From: Branchiostoma floridae
Lineage: Eukaryota
Length of the DNA: 64,000 nucleotides
Direction of reading: 5' to 3'
Assembly: GCF_015852565.1 (NCBI RefSeq)
Contig: NC_136205.1
Location: 3,002,707-3,066,706, forward strand
The position numbers were made by a program, and so were the translations under genes. This document shows, piece by piece, positions 1 through 10,937 of this stretch (position 1 is its first letter; each line of letters opens with the position of its first letter). The notes beneath the pieces were generated by a model that made no database searches, was not told the origin of the DNA, and worked only from the letters and a program-made list of their open reading frames with translations.

Positions 1-276
1 CAAGCTGTGGAAGACCAGATTGTCTTAGGTTTGATCCACTTTTGCCAGGATGGACACTTCTCTTTTTGATGCGTGCGGTGGGTTCTTTAACGTGCTTGAG
101 ATGTGGCTCTCCTCACACATTGGACTTCCAGAAGAATGTCTCTAACTGAAGCCAGATACATTTTTTTGGACCCCGTTTCACTTAAGTTGAGTGAGGAAAT
201 AGGTGTAAAGTGGCTTTCCCTGCAGCAAAACATTAGGGCCTGCTAGGGATTTGAACCTAGTCCCTTTGAATTTGGA

Positions 277-1604
277 TTCTTAGGCCCACTTTACATTACG
301 CTTTTCGCGTTAGCGGGACTGGCGTTAGCGGGACTGCGTTAGCGGGAGCCCCGTGTAAAGAGAGTTCCCGTTAACGTAGTCCCGCTATCGTCAAATTTTC
401 TCCCGTCCACTCCGAAGCGTACGGCCGTAGGCTCAGCGGGAGTCCCCATCAACGCCAAACTGCGTATAAAGCGAACACGTCGGGCTCGCGTTAGCGGGAG
501 TCAGGGTTTAGACGTTTAGCATAAAGCGCGCGCTTATTAGCATATGGCGCGAAAAAATGGTGGGTACAGAAACTCAGATTTGCAAAACATTGGAGGAAAA
601 TTGCCAGCAGCGATCATGTTCATAACGCTGGGTAAGAATACAGTGATAAGAAAACAGTCTCCCGATAGTTACTTTTTTATATACTAGTAGAATGAATGTC
701 AACCCAAAAATCAACCCGAACTACGCAGAAAAAATAGTTTTCACGGCCTGCCTTTTCCGTAATGGCCACCTACGCAGGCTCTTACGTCAATCGGGTCTGC
801 AGTCAACCTTCAAAGCAGGCGGGATGTCAGCGAAAAATAGTCTCATTCTCACATTTTTGGACGACCTACTTTTGCACAATTTTCGTGGAAGACCTGTAAA
901 AAAATATACAAGTTCGATTCCGAATATTTTCTCCTGCAATACATCGTTACGTTGTACCGAAACCAGAAGCCGCTATCTCTGCAAATTTTGTATGAAGTAA
1001 TCCCATTACGCGTCTCCGATTGGCCGTTGCTATGACAGTGGTGGCCGTTGCTATGACATTGGTGGGGAAATTCCCGCCACATGAACTGCTGGCAGCTTGA
1101 GTTTTTACGTACGAGGTAGTTATTATACCTGCAGGAATTGTGCGTATATTCACGGTTATTTCAGTACGTAGCCATAATTTAGCAGGTCATCACTGAAAGA
1201 AAGGGATCTTCTATCAAACAGTTCGCTTTGAAAGGGTTTTTAAGTGCTTTTTTATCGAAAATTTTGTGGTCGAAGTTACCGGAAGTGTCAGCGAAACAAC
1301 AACGTAGTCAGGGACTTGTATTTCTCATGCAAGTCACGTATTTGAATTTTCAATCACTTGGTAGCGGTATGCAAACAAAAAATTAACGTTTGTTCAATAT
1401 AACAACGTGCAGCTAAAAAAAACTGCTATCTTTACGGGTAGACTTTCACCAAGATTTTACATTCCACCGCGCGCCGCGGGTGTCCTGTCAGATTTCCGGG
1501 CGGTGTGTCTAAAGAGGTGCCGATAGCGGCGTCCCGATAACGGGAAATTTACCGCTAACGCGAAAAGCGTAATGTAAAGTGGGCCTTAGTCAACAACCCT
1601 AACC
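277..1604. mobile_element. Non-autonomous DNA transposon (MITE-like, ~1.3 kb). It has ~35 bp terminal inverted repeats GGCCCACTTTACATTACGCTTTTCGCGTTAGCGG at both ends.
   Basis: Left end 279-330 and right end 1545-1604 are reverse complements. The interior has subterminal GCGTTAGCGGGA repeats and no convincing ORF. Confidence 0.7.
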
Positions 1605-1939
1605 ACATTAGAGCACTTCACAGGATTCAACAAGTTATAGGGCAAGTACATAAAAAATTTACTTGCCCGAAGTAACATTTTGCTTGCCCAAAATTAAAAA
1701 AAAAATATTTTTCTTCAAGTTTGTATTTCCAATTCCAGTAATGAAATTCTTTTACTATTGGCACTTTTGTTCTGTGTTGAACAATACTTGTTGCCATGAC
1801 TGTAAAACGTAACACGTGTATATCAAAATCCCACTCATTGAAAAATCTTGCCCATAGGACATGCACTTGCCCGGTGGCAATAGTAACTTTTCTTGAATCA
1901 CTATCAGTTTGACCAATCATTGTCTATCTTCCTGTCCAG

Positions 1940-2115
1940 TGCTGTGATGAGCAAATGTGTCCAGGAGAAGAAAAGACGGGAGCAGGAGAAGATGTACATC
2001 GAGGAGCTGGCTGAACTCATTTCCTCCAACATGGAGAACCTGATGACCATCAAGGCAGACAAGTGTGCCATCTTACAGGAGGCTGTAAAACAGATCAAGG
2101 CTCTACGGCACCAAG
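1940..2115 (+). CDS. NCOA: NCOA/SRC p160 coactivator homolog, bHLH exon (SKCVQEKKRREQE...ELAELISSN...DKCAILQEAVKQIKALRHQ)
   Basis: Acceptor ctgtccAG at 1938-39, donor GTAGGA at 2116. Translation matches the SRC-family bHLH (EKRRREQE.KYIEELAEL). It enters with phase 2 from an upstream exon outside the window. Confidence 0.85.
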
Positions 2116-2385
2116 GTAGGACCGTTTCTCTGACCGTCTTAATCATGAAAGTACAGATGAATTAGGTACAGACCAAGTCTCCACGGCGCCAAGGTACATG
2201 TAGGACTGTTTCTCTGACCGTCTTAATCATGGGAGTACAGATAAATTAGGTACAGGTCAAACAGTTCAAGAGTCCACGGCACCAAGGTAGGACCGTATCT
2301 CTGACCGTCTTAATCATGAGAGTATAGATAAATTAGGTACAGGTCAAACAGACCAAAGCTCTACGGCTCCAAGGTAGGGAGACCG
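2090..2385 (+). repeat. Tandem array (~85 bp unit, 4 copies). It duplicates the last ~25 nt of the bHLH exon plus the 5' splice donor (CTACGGCACCAAG|GTAGGACCGTTTCTCTGACCGTCTTAATCATG...).
   Basis: GT donors recur at 2116, 2194, 2287 and 2374 with near-identical flanks. Confidence 0.8.
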
Positions 2386-3284
2386 GATACTGTAGACATA
2401 TTTCTTTCTCTGCTAAGAGGAAGAGTATGGAAGCTAAACACACTACATTACCAGTGGACTAGCCTCCTGCTGTAGTGCTTGCACCTATGTGTGGCCCTAG
2501 GGCTATGAAACTGAGATGGGCACCGGGCGAAACACATCTCACTGATGGGACTTTAGCTTTGGGATTGTTTCTCTTGAGTTTAATCATGGGAGCCTTCATT
2601 TCAGACCAGGGATGTGTACCCGTATAGAAAATTCAGGTATAGGACAGACGGTCACCAAAATGTCTGTGAAAATAAAGTTGTGGTTGTGTAAAAAAAGCTC
2701 CTTGGTCAAATAGAGTAAGGCTGTACGGCAATACCCACTTGCAAACGGAAAAACATTTTGCTTGGAGCAGTAATACAAGAATGTAATGACTTGGAAGTAG
2801 GGCAACCTGAAATGCAGCACCTGGCTTTTAACTCAGGTTGTCACCTTAGCAAGCAAAAAAGGATTTTGAGCACCGCCTTCATTTCAGGCAGCGTAATTTT
2901 CTGATCGCTAACGGTTTGTAATCGCTGTCCAGATGAGTTAACATGATAGCGATTAGAAAATGCAATTGAGAAGAATAAGATGCAAGGCGGGGTCTTCAAC
3001 AAAGGCTATAATAATTAGAAAGGGTGGAGGCTTTTGCATACAATGTCAAGGACTGAATGTCTGAATGTCTCAAACAAAAGATGAAAGGCATGGATGGTAC
3101 ACTAAAGTTTTTATGGCAAACTGACACGTATAATTTTGTATGAGATCGCGTGACAGGCTGAATAGAAGTTCAAAACTTAACTATGCTGCTCCAGATGTCT
3201 AACTGAGGGATGACAGTCACTGTAGTGTGCAAGATGTTGGTAGCTTGATTAATGAATCCACTCTACTATATATTACGTGGCGTA

Positions 3285-3495
3285 ATCAGCAGCACGTTGG
3301 ACTCAAGCCCATGAGGTCCCGAGTTCGAAACCTACCGTGTCACCGATCTTGTGTCCTTAGGGAAGGCTCTTTACATGACTTTCCTCACTTCACTCAGGTA
3401 TAAATGAGTATCTAGCTCTGGCAAGGTCCAACCCTCGGATTGGACGCTAAGGTCCCTTATTCGAGGAGAGCCACACCCTGAACACGTAAAAGAAC
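3285..3495. mobile_element. tRNA-derived SINE copy (box-B-like GGTCCCGAGTTCGAAACC, then ...GGCTCTTTACATGACTTTCCTCACTTCACTCAGGTATAAATGAG)
   Basis: Shares its body with the copies at 28290-28480, 35265-35345, 39300-39400, 42895-43110 and 53690-53835. Confidence 0.65.
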
Positions 3496-3761
3496 CCGCC
3501 ACACTTATCGAAAAGAGTAGGGGAACTTCCCGGTGTGAGTTGATCAAACTATTCCGGCTAAATTGGGTAGGCTGGTAGGGAGTTTTCCCGAGCAGCCTTC
3601 GTAATCCCAGCTTCGCCTATTGGGTCAGTAAGTCGAAGCTCGATGTTTCTGACTTAGGAAGAAAAGATGCAGTGCTACATTGAGCGTAGTTCAGTGCCTA
3701 GAAGTGGTCAATGGCCTTGCACTGAGCAAACTCCTTAAAAAAGAATTGCTGCTGCATACAG

Positions 3762-4512
3762 TGCAGCAGCGCCACCCAGAGGTGAAGATTCATACTGCAG
3801 GATACTTGTATGTTGGAAGGGCCTTCACAGCAGTGACATCTAGAGGTGTACATGTGTACTGCAGGTTCTTGCTGCAACAACAACAACAAGAAGTTTATTT
3901 AGCAAAGTTGCCATAGGTGCAATCATGTATCTTACAGAATTCAAGCATTTTGATAGTGCTGCAGAGGTTGAATCCTTCCAGATTCAGAGTACAAGCCAAC
4001 CTGATAGGAAAAAAAACAGAAATGATATATAAAAGACATCCAAACTTAGTTTGATACACCATAAGAAGTTGAAATGTAGAAGTCAAAATGTATGGTTTCG
4101 AGTATGTATGTCTTTGAAATTTGAAAAATGACTTAGCAAATTTCAAAAGTGTTTTGTCCTGTTTCTTGCAGAGGAATCAGCAGCAAGGGAAGCAGTGCAG
4201 CAGTCTGATGTGTCGTCGAGCGGCCAGTCTCTCCTGCCTAGTAATGTGCTGGGGAATTTACTCTTAGAGGTAGGACAGTGTTTCTGGGTACAGCAGAGCC
4301 ATCTAGAGGTGAAGCTTCATACTGCAGGATATAGGAGCATAACAAGATATAGCAGTATTTTGATGATAATAACAAATTAACATTGCAGGCCAAGAGTTAA
4401 CCAAAATTAGATGCTGTTACAGTAGTAATCAGGGTTTCAGGCAGTACAGCAGTGCCCCTAGAGGTGAAACTTCATACTGAAGGAAATAGGACCATCATAA
4501 TAGGATATAGCA
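3762..4512 (+). repeat. Dispersed/tandem ~65 nt intronic repeat flanking NCOA exon 2 (CAGCAG.GCC.CTAGAGGTGAAGCTTCATACTGCAGGATA...)
   Basis: Copies at 3762-3815, 4285-4350 (immediately after the exon 2 donor) and 4440-4512. Confidence 0.7.
4172..4269 (+). CDS. NCOA: NCOA homolog exon 2 (ESAAREAVQQSDVSSSGQSLLPSNVLGNLLLE)
   Basis: AG at 4170-71 and GTAGGA at 4270. Homologous to the vertebrate SRC segment QKSDVSSTGQGVIDK...LLLEALDG. Phase fits exons 1 and 3. Confidence 0.8.
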
Positions 4513-5031
4513 GTTTAGCAGAATATAAATGATATAATTGTAGGCAAGAGTTTACCGAGATGTTATACTAAGGCCACACTGATAAGATTCAGACATTTAC
4601 CAAGTGGACAGTTGTGGATCACAGTGAGCCATCTGGGATGTGTATTGTTGGATGTGTATTGTTGGACGTGTATTGTTGGATGTGCATTGTTGGATGTGTA
4701 TAATGTTGGATGTGTATTGCAATGATTGCTGGAATGGTTACTGTCATCCCCAAGCCACCCCTCACCCCCATGTCATGCTCAAAGGAGAAAACACATTTCA
4801 ATGCAAGGTGCACCAGATGTTGGCAAAATTATAACAACAGCAATTCCAAAGTCCGTATCCGGTATTCGAATTATCGACAACGGTACACTTGGTGCATTTG
4901 AAGTGCATTCAAATTATTCAATGGATGTGATAACGGTAGAACGCCAAGTGATAACCCAAGTTACCACTAGGTCTGGAACACCTGTATTGAACATTATCAG
5001 GACATAACAATTGATTTTTTCCTGTTCACAG

Positions 5032-5209
5032 GCACTGAATGGGTTCCTGTTCGTAGTGAACAGCCAGGGAAAGCTGGAGTTCATCTCCAACAATGTGCAG
5101 AACTACCTGAGCTACACACACGATGAGCTGATGGGATCCAGCGTCTACAACATCATCCATGTGGGCGACCACACTCAGTTTGTCAACTGCCTCCTCCCTA
5201 TGTCTCTTG
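5032..5209 (+). CDS. NCOA: NCOA homolog PAS-A exon (ALNGFLFVVNSQGKLEFISNNVQNYLSYTHDELMGSSVYNIIHVGDHTQFVNCLLPMSLG)
   Basis: Acceptor ttcacAG and donor GTAAGG. Near-collinear with human SRC PAS-A (LDGFFFVVN...VYSILHVGDH.EFVKNLLPKS). Confidence 0.9.
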
Positions 5210-5671
5210 GTAAGGCTCAGTCTTATTTTTCATTTATTTTGCTCATCCAAAGCTCAGTTCAATAGTCGAAGCACAGGGGAAATGCAGGAGAAAAAAACCT
5301 TTGTAAGGGCCTTGAAAAGGCTTTATTAACCAACTTAAAAGTTTTATGCAAAACTTGTCAGAGTAATGCAATAATTTTTTTCTCCATTTTTTTCTAGCAC
5401 TAACTGTCTTGAAGAATGTACTTTATGTCAAATGCATGAAATATATAAGTCTATGTCTATAAGTCAGAGTTGTTTTAAACTTCAAACTTCCTAAATAATA
5501 CAAGAAAGTTTTTTCTAACACTCAAAGGATCTATCTTATACACATGTATCAATGCACTATTGCCTTCATGTAAGTAGCCCAATGTTTGTAACACAAATAT
5601 ATTAATAGCTAAGCGCAAAAATAAGGTGCACAGCTCCAATTTCAGGTGCACAGAAATGTGTTCATGCACCC

Positions 5672-5810
5672 AGATATTTTGAGCCCTACATTGGCATAGC
5701 AACAAGTTCAAACTCAGTCTGGTAATATTGTGTGCACTAAGTATTTTGAGCCCTACAAGAGGCATAGCCACAAATTCAAACTGTAATAATATTGTGTCTT
5801 CCCTTTAAAG
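5672..5810 (+). repeat. Tandem duplication (~68 nt x2) of the intron 3' end/acceptor region of NCOA exon 4
   Basis: ATATTTTGAGCCCTACA..GGCATAGC.ACAA.TTCAAACT....TAATATTGTGT occurs twice. The second copy ends in the authentic acceptor ccctttaaAG. Confidence 0.7.
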
Positions 5811-6005
5811 GCAATGGAGTGGGCTGGGCACCGGATGCCGCGGGAAAGAAGTGTCGTTCGTTCCAGTGTCGCATGATGGTGAAACTGGAAGCAGAGGAAG
5901 ACATGGAGAAACATCGCACGCAGACGCCCCAATACAAGACCATGCAATGCTCCGCTGTCTACCACCCCCACCCCACCAAGGGAAAGACTGAAGACGGCAA
6001 TGATG
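5811..6005 (+). CDS. NCOA: NCOA homolog exon 4 (GNGVGWAPDAAGKKCRSFQCRMMVKLEAEEDMEKHRTQTPQYKTMQCSAVYHPHPTKGKTEDGNDG)
   Basis: Acceptor ctttaaAG at 5809-10 and donor GTGAGT at 6006. In-phase ORF segment. Confidence 0.75.
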
Positions 6006-6287
6006 GTGAGTCTGAGGTGTTCTCACCTTCTGTTGGTGTTTTTACTTACTTAAACGAAAGAATGGTAAGTCTACTGGACCAGGTGCTCAAGGGACCAAAA
6101 CAATTTGGAGGGCAAATTGGAAAATGAAAATTTGAAATATTAGACTGGAAGTTCTTTCACAGCTGAACCTTCAAGGGAAAATGATTATTACAGAATTAAG
6201 AATTTATACACAAACAAGAAGACCTAGTCACAAGAGACCCTGTCACTTTCCTTTTGTATTACTGTTGTAATGACAGCATTAAAGTAT

Positions 6288-6330
6288 ACCAAGGGAAAGA
6301 CTGAAGATGGTAATGATGGTGAGGCTAACA
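6288..6330 (+). repeat. Echo copy of the NCOA exon 4 3' end plus donor (ACCAAGGGAAAGACTGAAGATGGTAATGATG|GTGAGG)
   Basis: Matches 5978-6012 (authentic ...GACGGCAATGATG|GTGAGT) about 300 nt downstream in the intron. Confidence 0.75.
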
Positions 6331-7051
6331 GATGGTTGTCTAAAGAGGGTTACAGGGCATCATACCACTATGCCTTAACTACACCACCCCTTTTTTATCT
6401 TGGGGAGCAAATCCTCAAACAAGCGTGAAATTCTAATTGACCAGGGGTGTTACTAGGTCACATGTGGCCACAGTTATTAACTATGACATGTCTCATAGTA
6501 ATGTTACCCCTCAGAAAGTCTTGGAAAAAAGCAATGCCCCATTTTTACTTCAAATTCTCTGAAACTCAACACCATGTCCCTTCACGCACCATTCCCTCGC
6601 TTGGCCGCTCCACCCCTGGCTCATGCTTAATTCTCCTTCTAGTCTTTTCCTGGAAATAACCCTAAGTGGTGTACTCTCCTGTTAAGCCCTTCAGGTCATA
6701 CCAAGATTTTCATAGGGATATGAACCTTTGTTTGAAAGGATCATGTTGTTATGGTTTCTTTTTTACAGTGAAAGACAGCCAGGTATTTAAGAGCTAGCAT
6801 ACAACCCAGCCTTAATTATACTCACTGACAGGGCTCCATCTGTTAGTAATTGTACCTGGTACTTTGTATGATTTTAATTTGTAAATAGTTTGCTGCTATT
6901 AGTTTATTTGTCCTATTACTTGATTATATTTAGCAGATCAGTATTACCAGGGCTAGCCATTTGTAATAAACTCTAAAAGATATTTTTGCAGTTTTGTTTG
7001 TTATGCTTTGGCCAAACTACATTTGTTGAGTCTACAATAATTCCTTTTCAG

Positions 7052-7285
7052 TCCCAGAAGCATGTCTCGTCTGCATTGCCAGTAAAGTGGCAGAGGCAAC
7101 TGACGTGGAGACAGTCATGCCGCTGGAACAGTTCTCCACGCGGCAGGACATCAATGGGAAAATCCTTGCCGTGGACACCAGCGGACTCAGCACGTCGGTC
7201 CCCCACGGGGAAATCGTGCGGCGCTGCCTCACTGAGCTCTACAAGGACTGCGAAGCTTGGGTCATGTCCAAACACCATAGAGAAG
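7052..7285 (+). CDS. NCOA: NCOA homolog PAS-B exon (PEACLVCIASKVAEATDVETVMPLEQFSTRQDINGKILAVDTSGLS...CLTELYKDCEAWVMSKHHRE)
   Basis: Acceptor ttttcAG at 7050-51 and donor GTGGGG at 7286. Resembles vertebrate SCLICIARR...TKQDTTGKIISIDTS. Confidence 0.8.
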
Positions 7286-8505
7286 GTGGGGACTTCTTTA
7301 TTTTGCTCCCAAACAGTTACTCAAGCAACTGGATATGATTTTGGAAACAGCCAGACATTTCAGACAGCCATCCACCGTATCTTATTACCTGGATGTCTAA
7401 CCTTCATCGACGTGCTTTTTATTTCCTCAGCTCAATAGAAATGTGATATTAGAAACAGATTTAACTATATCTATAGATCTGAAAGCTCCCATAATACTTA
7501 ACTAAAGATATGTAAATAAAGAAGAGATTGTTTTGTTATTAGAAAAGATAATGATATGCTTAGCCCCACCTGATAGTAGGAAGATCATGCTTCATAGATT
7601 CAAGTTTGTTATCCCAATTGTTATGTCTGACTCAGTAAAACTCTTAAATTTATCTTAAAACTCTAATTTGTACATTATAGTTCTGACCATACGAAAGTGA
7701 AATTGAACTTGTTGTTGTGTCAATACAGCTATGCTATACCCAAATGTGCCATCAGGTAATTTTTCAACGGCAATGCAGTAATTTTATGTGTGTGTTGGCT
7801 TCACTGCATGGATGAAGGAATATGTATCAGAAATCAAAGAAGGTGCATTTTTGTTTTTGCCTGAAATATTAACTGACTAATGTAGGTTAGACATCCGCCA
7901 ACAAAACTTTTAGCTCCTGTAACTAAAACAACAGGAGCTAATTGACTCATTTGCATTAACTGTGTCTTAGCCTTGATATCCTTTGAAATCCAAATTGTCT
8001 TCAGCTTGACTTTGGCTTAGCTTTGTTTTCTTTGGAATCCAAATTGTCTTCAGTCTGAATTGTCTTACAACCTTTCCTATTGGACATCTGAAATTGTCTT
8101 CATTCATAGTTAGAGTATAAAAGACCTGTTTCTTCCAGATCTCTTCAGTGTCACTGACGAAGGATAGTGGATTCTATCCGAAACGTCTGACCGTTTCAAA
8201 ACCATATCCAGTTGCTTGAGTAACTATTTTTGGCGTATTAACTGACTGACATATTGGATATTATCGTTTGCCAGGTAGACAGGTGGTGGCTTGCATGAGA
8301 AAGAAGTTCTTGTTTAGGAAGTAAAATGTGATACTATTTTCAAAAATCTAGATTTCATTTTTTCTGCAAAGAAAAGTTGGAAGTTAAAGTTAAAATTCTT
8401 GTCACATCCTTTGGTGCCCATCTCTGTGTTTAAAGTCCTTGGGCCACAGTTTTTTTTTAGGCAATCACTGTCACCTGCTTAATGTGCCCTCCTCTGTCTT
8501 TACAG

Positions 8506-8653
8506 TAATGGCATGTGGAACGGCCACAAGTCAGATTTACAAGTTTCAACTGCCAGGAGGCAACTGGGTCCACGCCCAGACGAAGAGCAAGTTGTTCCGG
8601 AACCCAGAGACGAAGGAGCCTCAGTACATCATGTCTATGTACTCTCTCATCAG
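8506..8653 (+). CDS. NCOA: NCOA homolog PAS-B exon (MACGTATSQIYKFQLPGGNWVHAQTKSKLFRNPETKEPQYIMSMYSLIR)
   Basis: Acceptor tttacAG and donor GTGATT. Matches vertebrate AHTKCKL...PQ.IMGIH. Confidence 0.85.
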
Positions 8654-9036
8654 GTGATTTTATTTTTCATTACTCAGAGAAAGGATTAGAACACTGCACT
8701 GGGAATTTTCTATTTGGTCAGCTACAGACTGACTTAAAAACGTTGAAGTACAAGATACAATCGATTGTGTTAAACCTACTTTCCTCTCTGCTGCACTGTA
8801 CAAAACTGTCACAGCTTGCCAAGAAGGTGTTGCATAATGACATTAATGAAAACTTTTTAAAAAAAAGGAAGTAAAACCCAACAAAATTTGGAGTCAACAT
8901 TGGGACTAGACTAGCCACATTTTATATTGTTCTTCATTGACTTTGTTTTTCCACTTACTAAAGTTGCCATGAACATTCAGACAAGAATTTGCAATGACTT
9001 ATTCATTAAATGCAAGAAATTGATATTTGTGTACAG

Positions 9037-9212
9037 AGACAGCAATGTTCCCAACGTGCCTGTACAAGGGACCATGACTGACTGCATCCTCCAGTCCATC
9101 CTCGGATCCTCCAGCTACATCCCGGGCCTGTCCTCCACATCCCAACCATCTGTTACCGTGGCAACCAACACCAGCAGTCAAACCATCACTAACCTGCTCA
9201 GTGCTATGTCGG
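9037..9212 (+). CDS. NCOA: NCOA homolog exon 7 (RDSNVPNVPVQGTMTDCILQSILGSS...SQTITNLLSAMSG)
   Basis: Acceptor gtgtacAG and donor GTACGT. Phase 2-in, phase 1-out, consistent with neighbours. Confidence 0.75.
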
Positions 9213-9699
9213 GTACGTTACAGTCAAGCAGTGTTCTAGCCAGCCCCAATTTTTTTCCATCCCCTGGATTTTGAATGGAAATCCTGGCAAAGGAAACCCT
9301 GACAATCCTAGGGGGTCTGGGGGCATGCTTCATCGGGAAAAATTCTAAAATCTAAACCCTCTGAAATGCTATTTCCTTTATTTTGAGGGGCAAATTTTGC
9401 TAGTAGAGTCAGCTTGTTACAGTTAACATCTTTACATGCTGATTTTTGTCCATCATAGAGGACGGAATAGGCAAAATTATCGTCCGGCCCCAGCAGTAAA
9501 ATTCTGTCATAGGACGGAATGACGGATGCTGGATAGAACCCTGCAGTCATGAGTTATAATTCTGTATCTACCAGCTTTTGTTGGCTGATTTATTTTTTTA
9601 TGGTTAATATTATGAAAAAATAATGATCTTTTTTCATGTTGACTCTCTTAGCAGGGGCAAAATGAAGCACAAGGGTTGATAATAAAAGAGTTTTGAATA

Positions 9700-9800
9700 G
9701 ATCAAAAATTTGATTGATGACTAGCATTTTTTATCAGATTTTTCTCCCAGGTAAGGCTATGAGTGAGGTTGTTGAAGCCGACCCAATCCAAACTCATGCT
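9700..9800 (+). repeat. Echo copy of the NCOA exon 8 acceptor plus first ~40 nt of the exon (tttttctcccAG|GTAAGGCTATGAGTGAGGTTGTTGAAGCCGAC...)
   Basis: Near-identical to 9935-10000. The copy runs into a stop after 17 codons. Confidence 0.8.
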
Positions 9801-9959
9801 TGATTGACTTTATCCTTGACTCAGCAGCATGGTACATGCAAATGGCTTTCCGATCTGTATCTTTTCCAAAAAAATTCTGTTAATTTTTTTAGTACACATA
9901 GGTGTTTCAAATAGATTAGATATTTGACTAGCATTTTTCTTAAACATTTTTTCTTCCAG

Positions 9960-10327
9960 GTAAGGCTATGAGTGAAGTTGTTGAGAGCGACAAGCCACCC
10001 CAACCTAATAAACTAATGCTCGAGATGCTCATGAAGTCACCCAAGTCTTCAGAGCAGTCCAAACCAATCTTGTCCTGCGCAGATGACATCGTTGTTGCCA
10101 CGGAAACAGTTGAACGGCCCAAACCTACTTGTACAGCATCCGTCGCGCCCTCGTCCCCACCTGTGTTAGAAAAGGAACCAGAGGAAATAGAAGAGGAGAA
10201 AAAGAATGAGGATGAGGAAGAATTGCCAAGGAGCGTTGAAGTGCCTACGTCAGGTCCGGAAAAGACAACGACAACAATGACAGAGAGCAGCCCCCCGAAG
10301 TCCAGCCCGGCCGGGAGCTCTCTCACG
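9960..10327 (+). CDS. NCOA: NCOA homolog exon 8 (S/T/E-rich linker: GKAMSEVVESDKPPQPNKLMLEMLMKSPK...EEIEEEKKNEDEEEL...SSLT)
   Basis: Acceptor tcttccAG at 9958-59; the donor at 10328 (GTGATG) is weak but phase-consistent with exon 9. Confidence 0.65.
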
Positions 10328-10937
10328 GTGATGATTTGGTTTTTATTGGAACATTCAAAACAACAGTCTAGCAGTTAACTAGATGTACATGTAGTTAACT
10401 GAATTGCACTGTTCACCAACGTAATACAATTAGCACTAAGTGACTGACAAATGTTTAAGACAAATACAGCAGCTATGAAATATAACATACAATGTATCTA
10501 CAATTCCTTCACTACTGTCATTATGATAGTGCTAAGTTGTTATTGTTTAAAAATGGTGCTTGACTGCTACATTACCAATAAGAATATCAACTTGTTATAA
10601 CATTTATCACTTCTATCATTATATATCAAATTTTCTTTTCCTTTAAAATGTGAATGTCTAATGATGGAATAGAAAATTATTGCTTTTTAGGTGAGTTTCG
10701 TATGTGCTTCCTATGAAGTAATGTTATCATAAAGATAGTGACACGTTTAGCCCTACCTGATTGTATGGACTCCGAGGTTTTCTTATTATCCTATATTGTT
10801 TAATTAGTAAAATTTAAATATCTATTCTGTATTCTTTCATCTTTTTTTCTTGTAGTTTATAGTGGACCATACAAAGTCAGTGGACTTTTTGTCGTGTCAA
10901 TAAATCTCTAAAATAGACAATTTGGCTTTTTCTATAG

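Noticed and set aside
120-200. A candidate first coding exon of NCOA (ATGTCTCTAACTGAAGCC...GAAATAG|GTGTAAAG) in the first 280 nt.
   Set aside because: Its exit phase (1) is incompatible with the phase-2 entry required by the bHLH exon at 1940, and it has no homology to SRC N-termini. The true first exon is probably upstream of the window.
692-1153. ORFs of 68-102 aa inside the 1.3 kb TIR element at 277-1604, as possible transposase remnants.
   Set aside because: The translations have no DDE or other transposase motifs. The element is best treated as non-autonomous.
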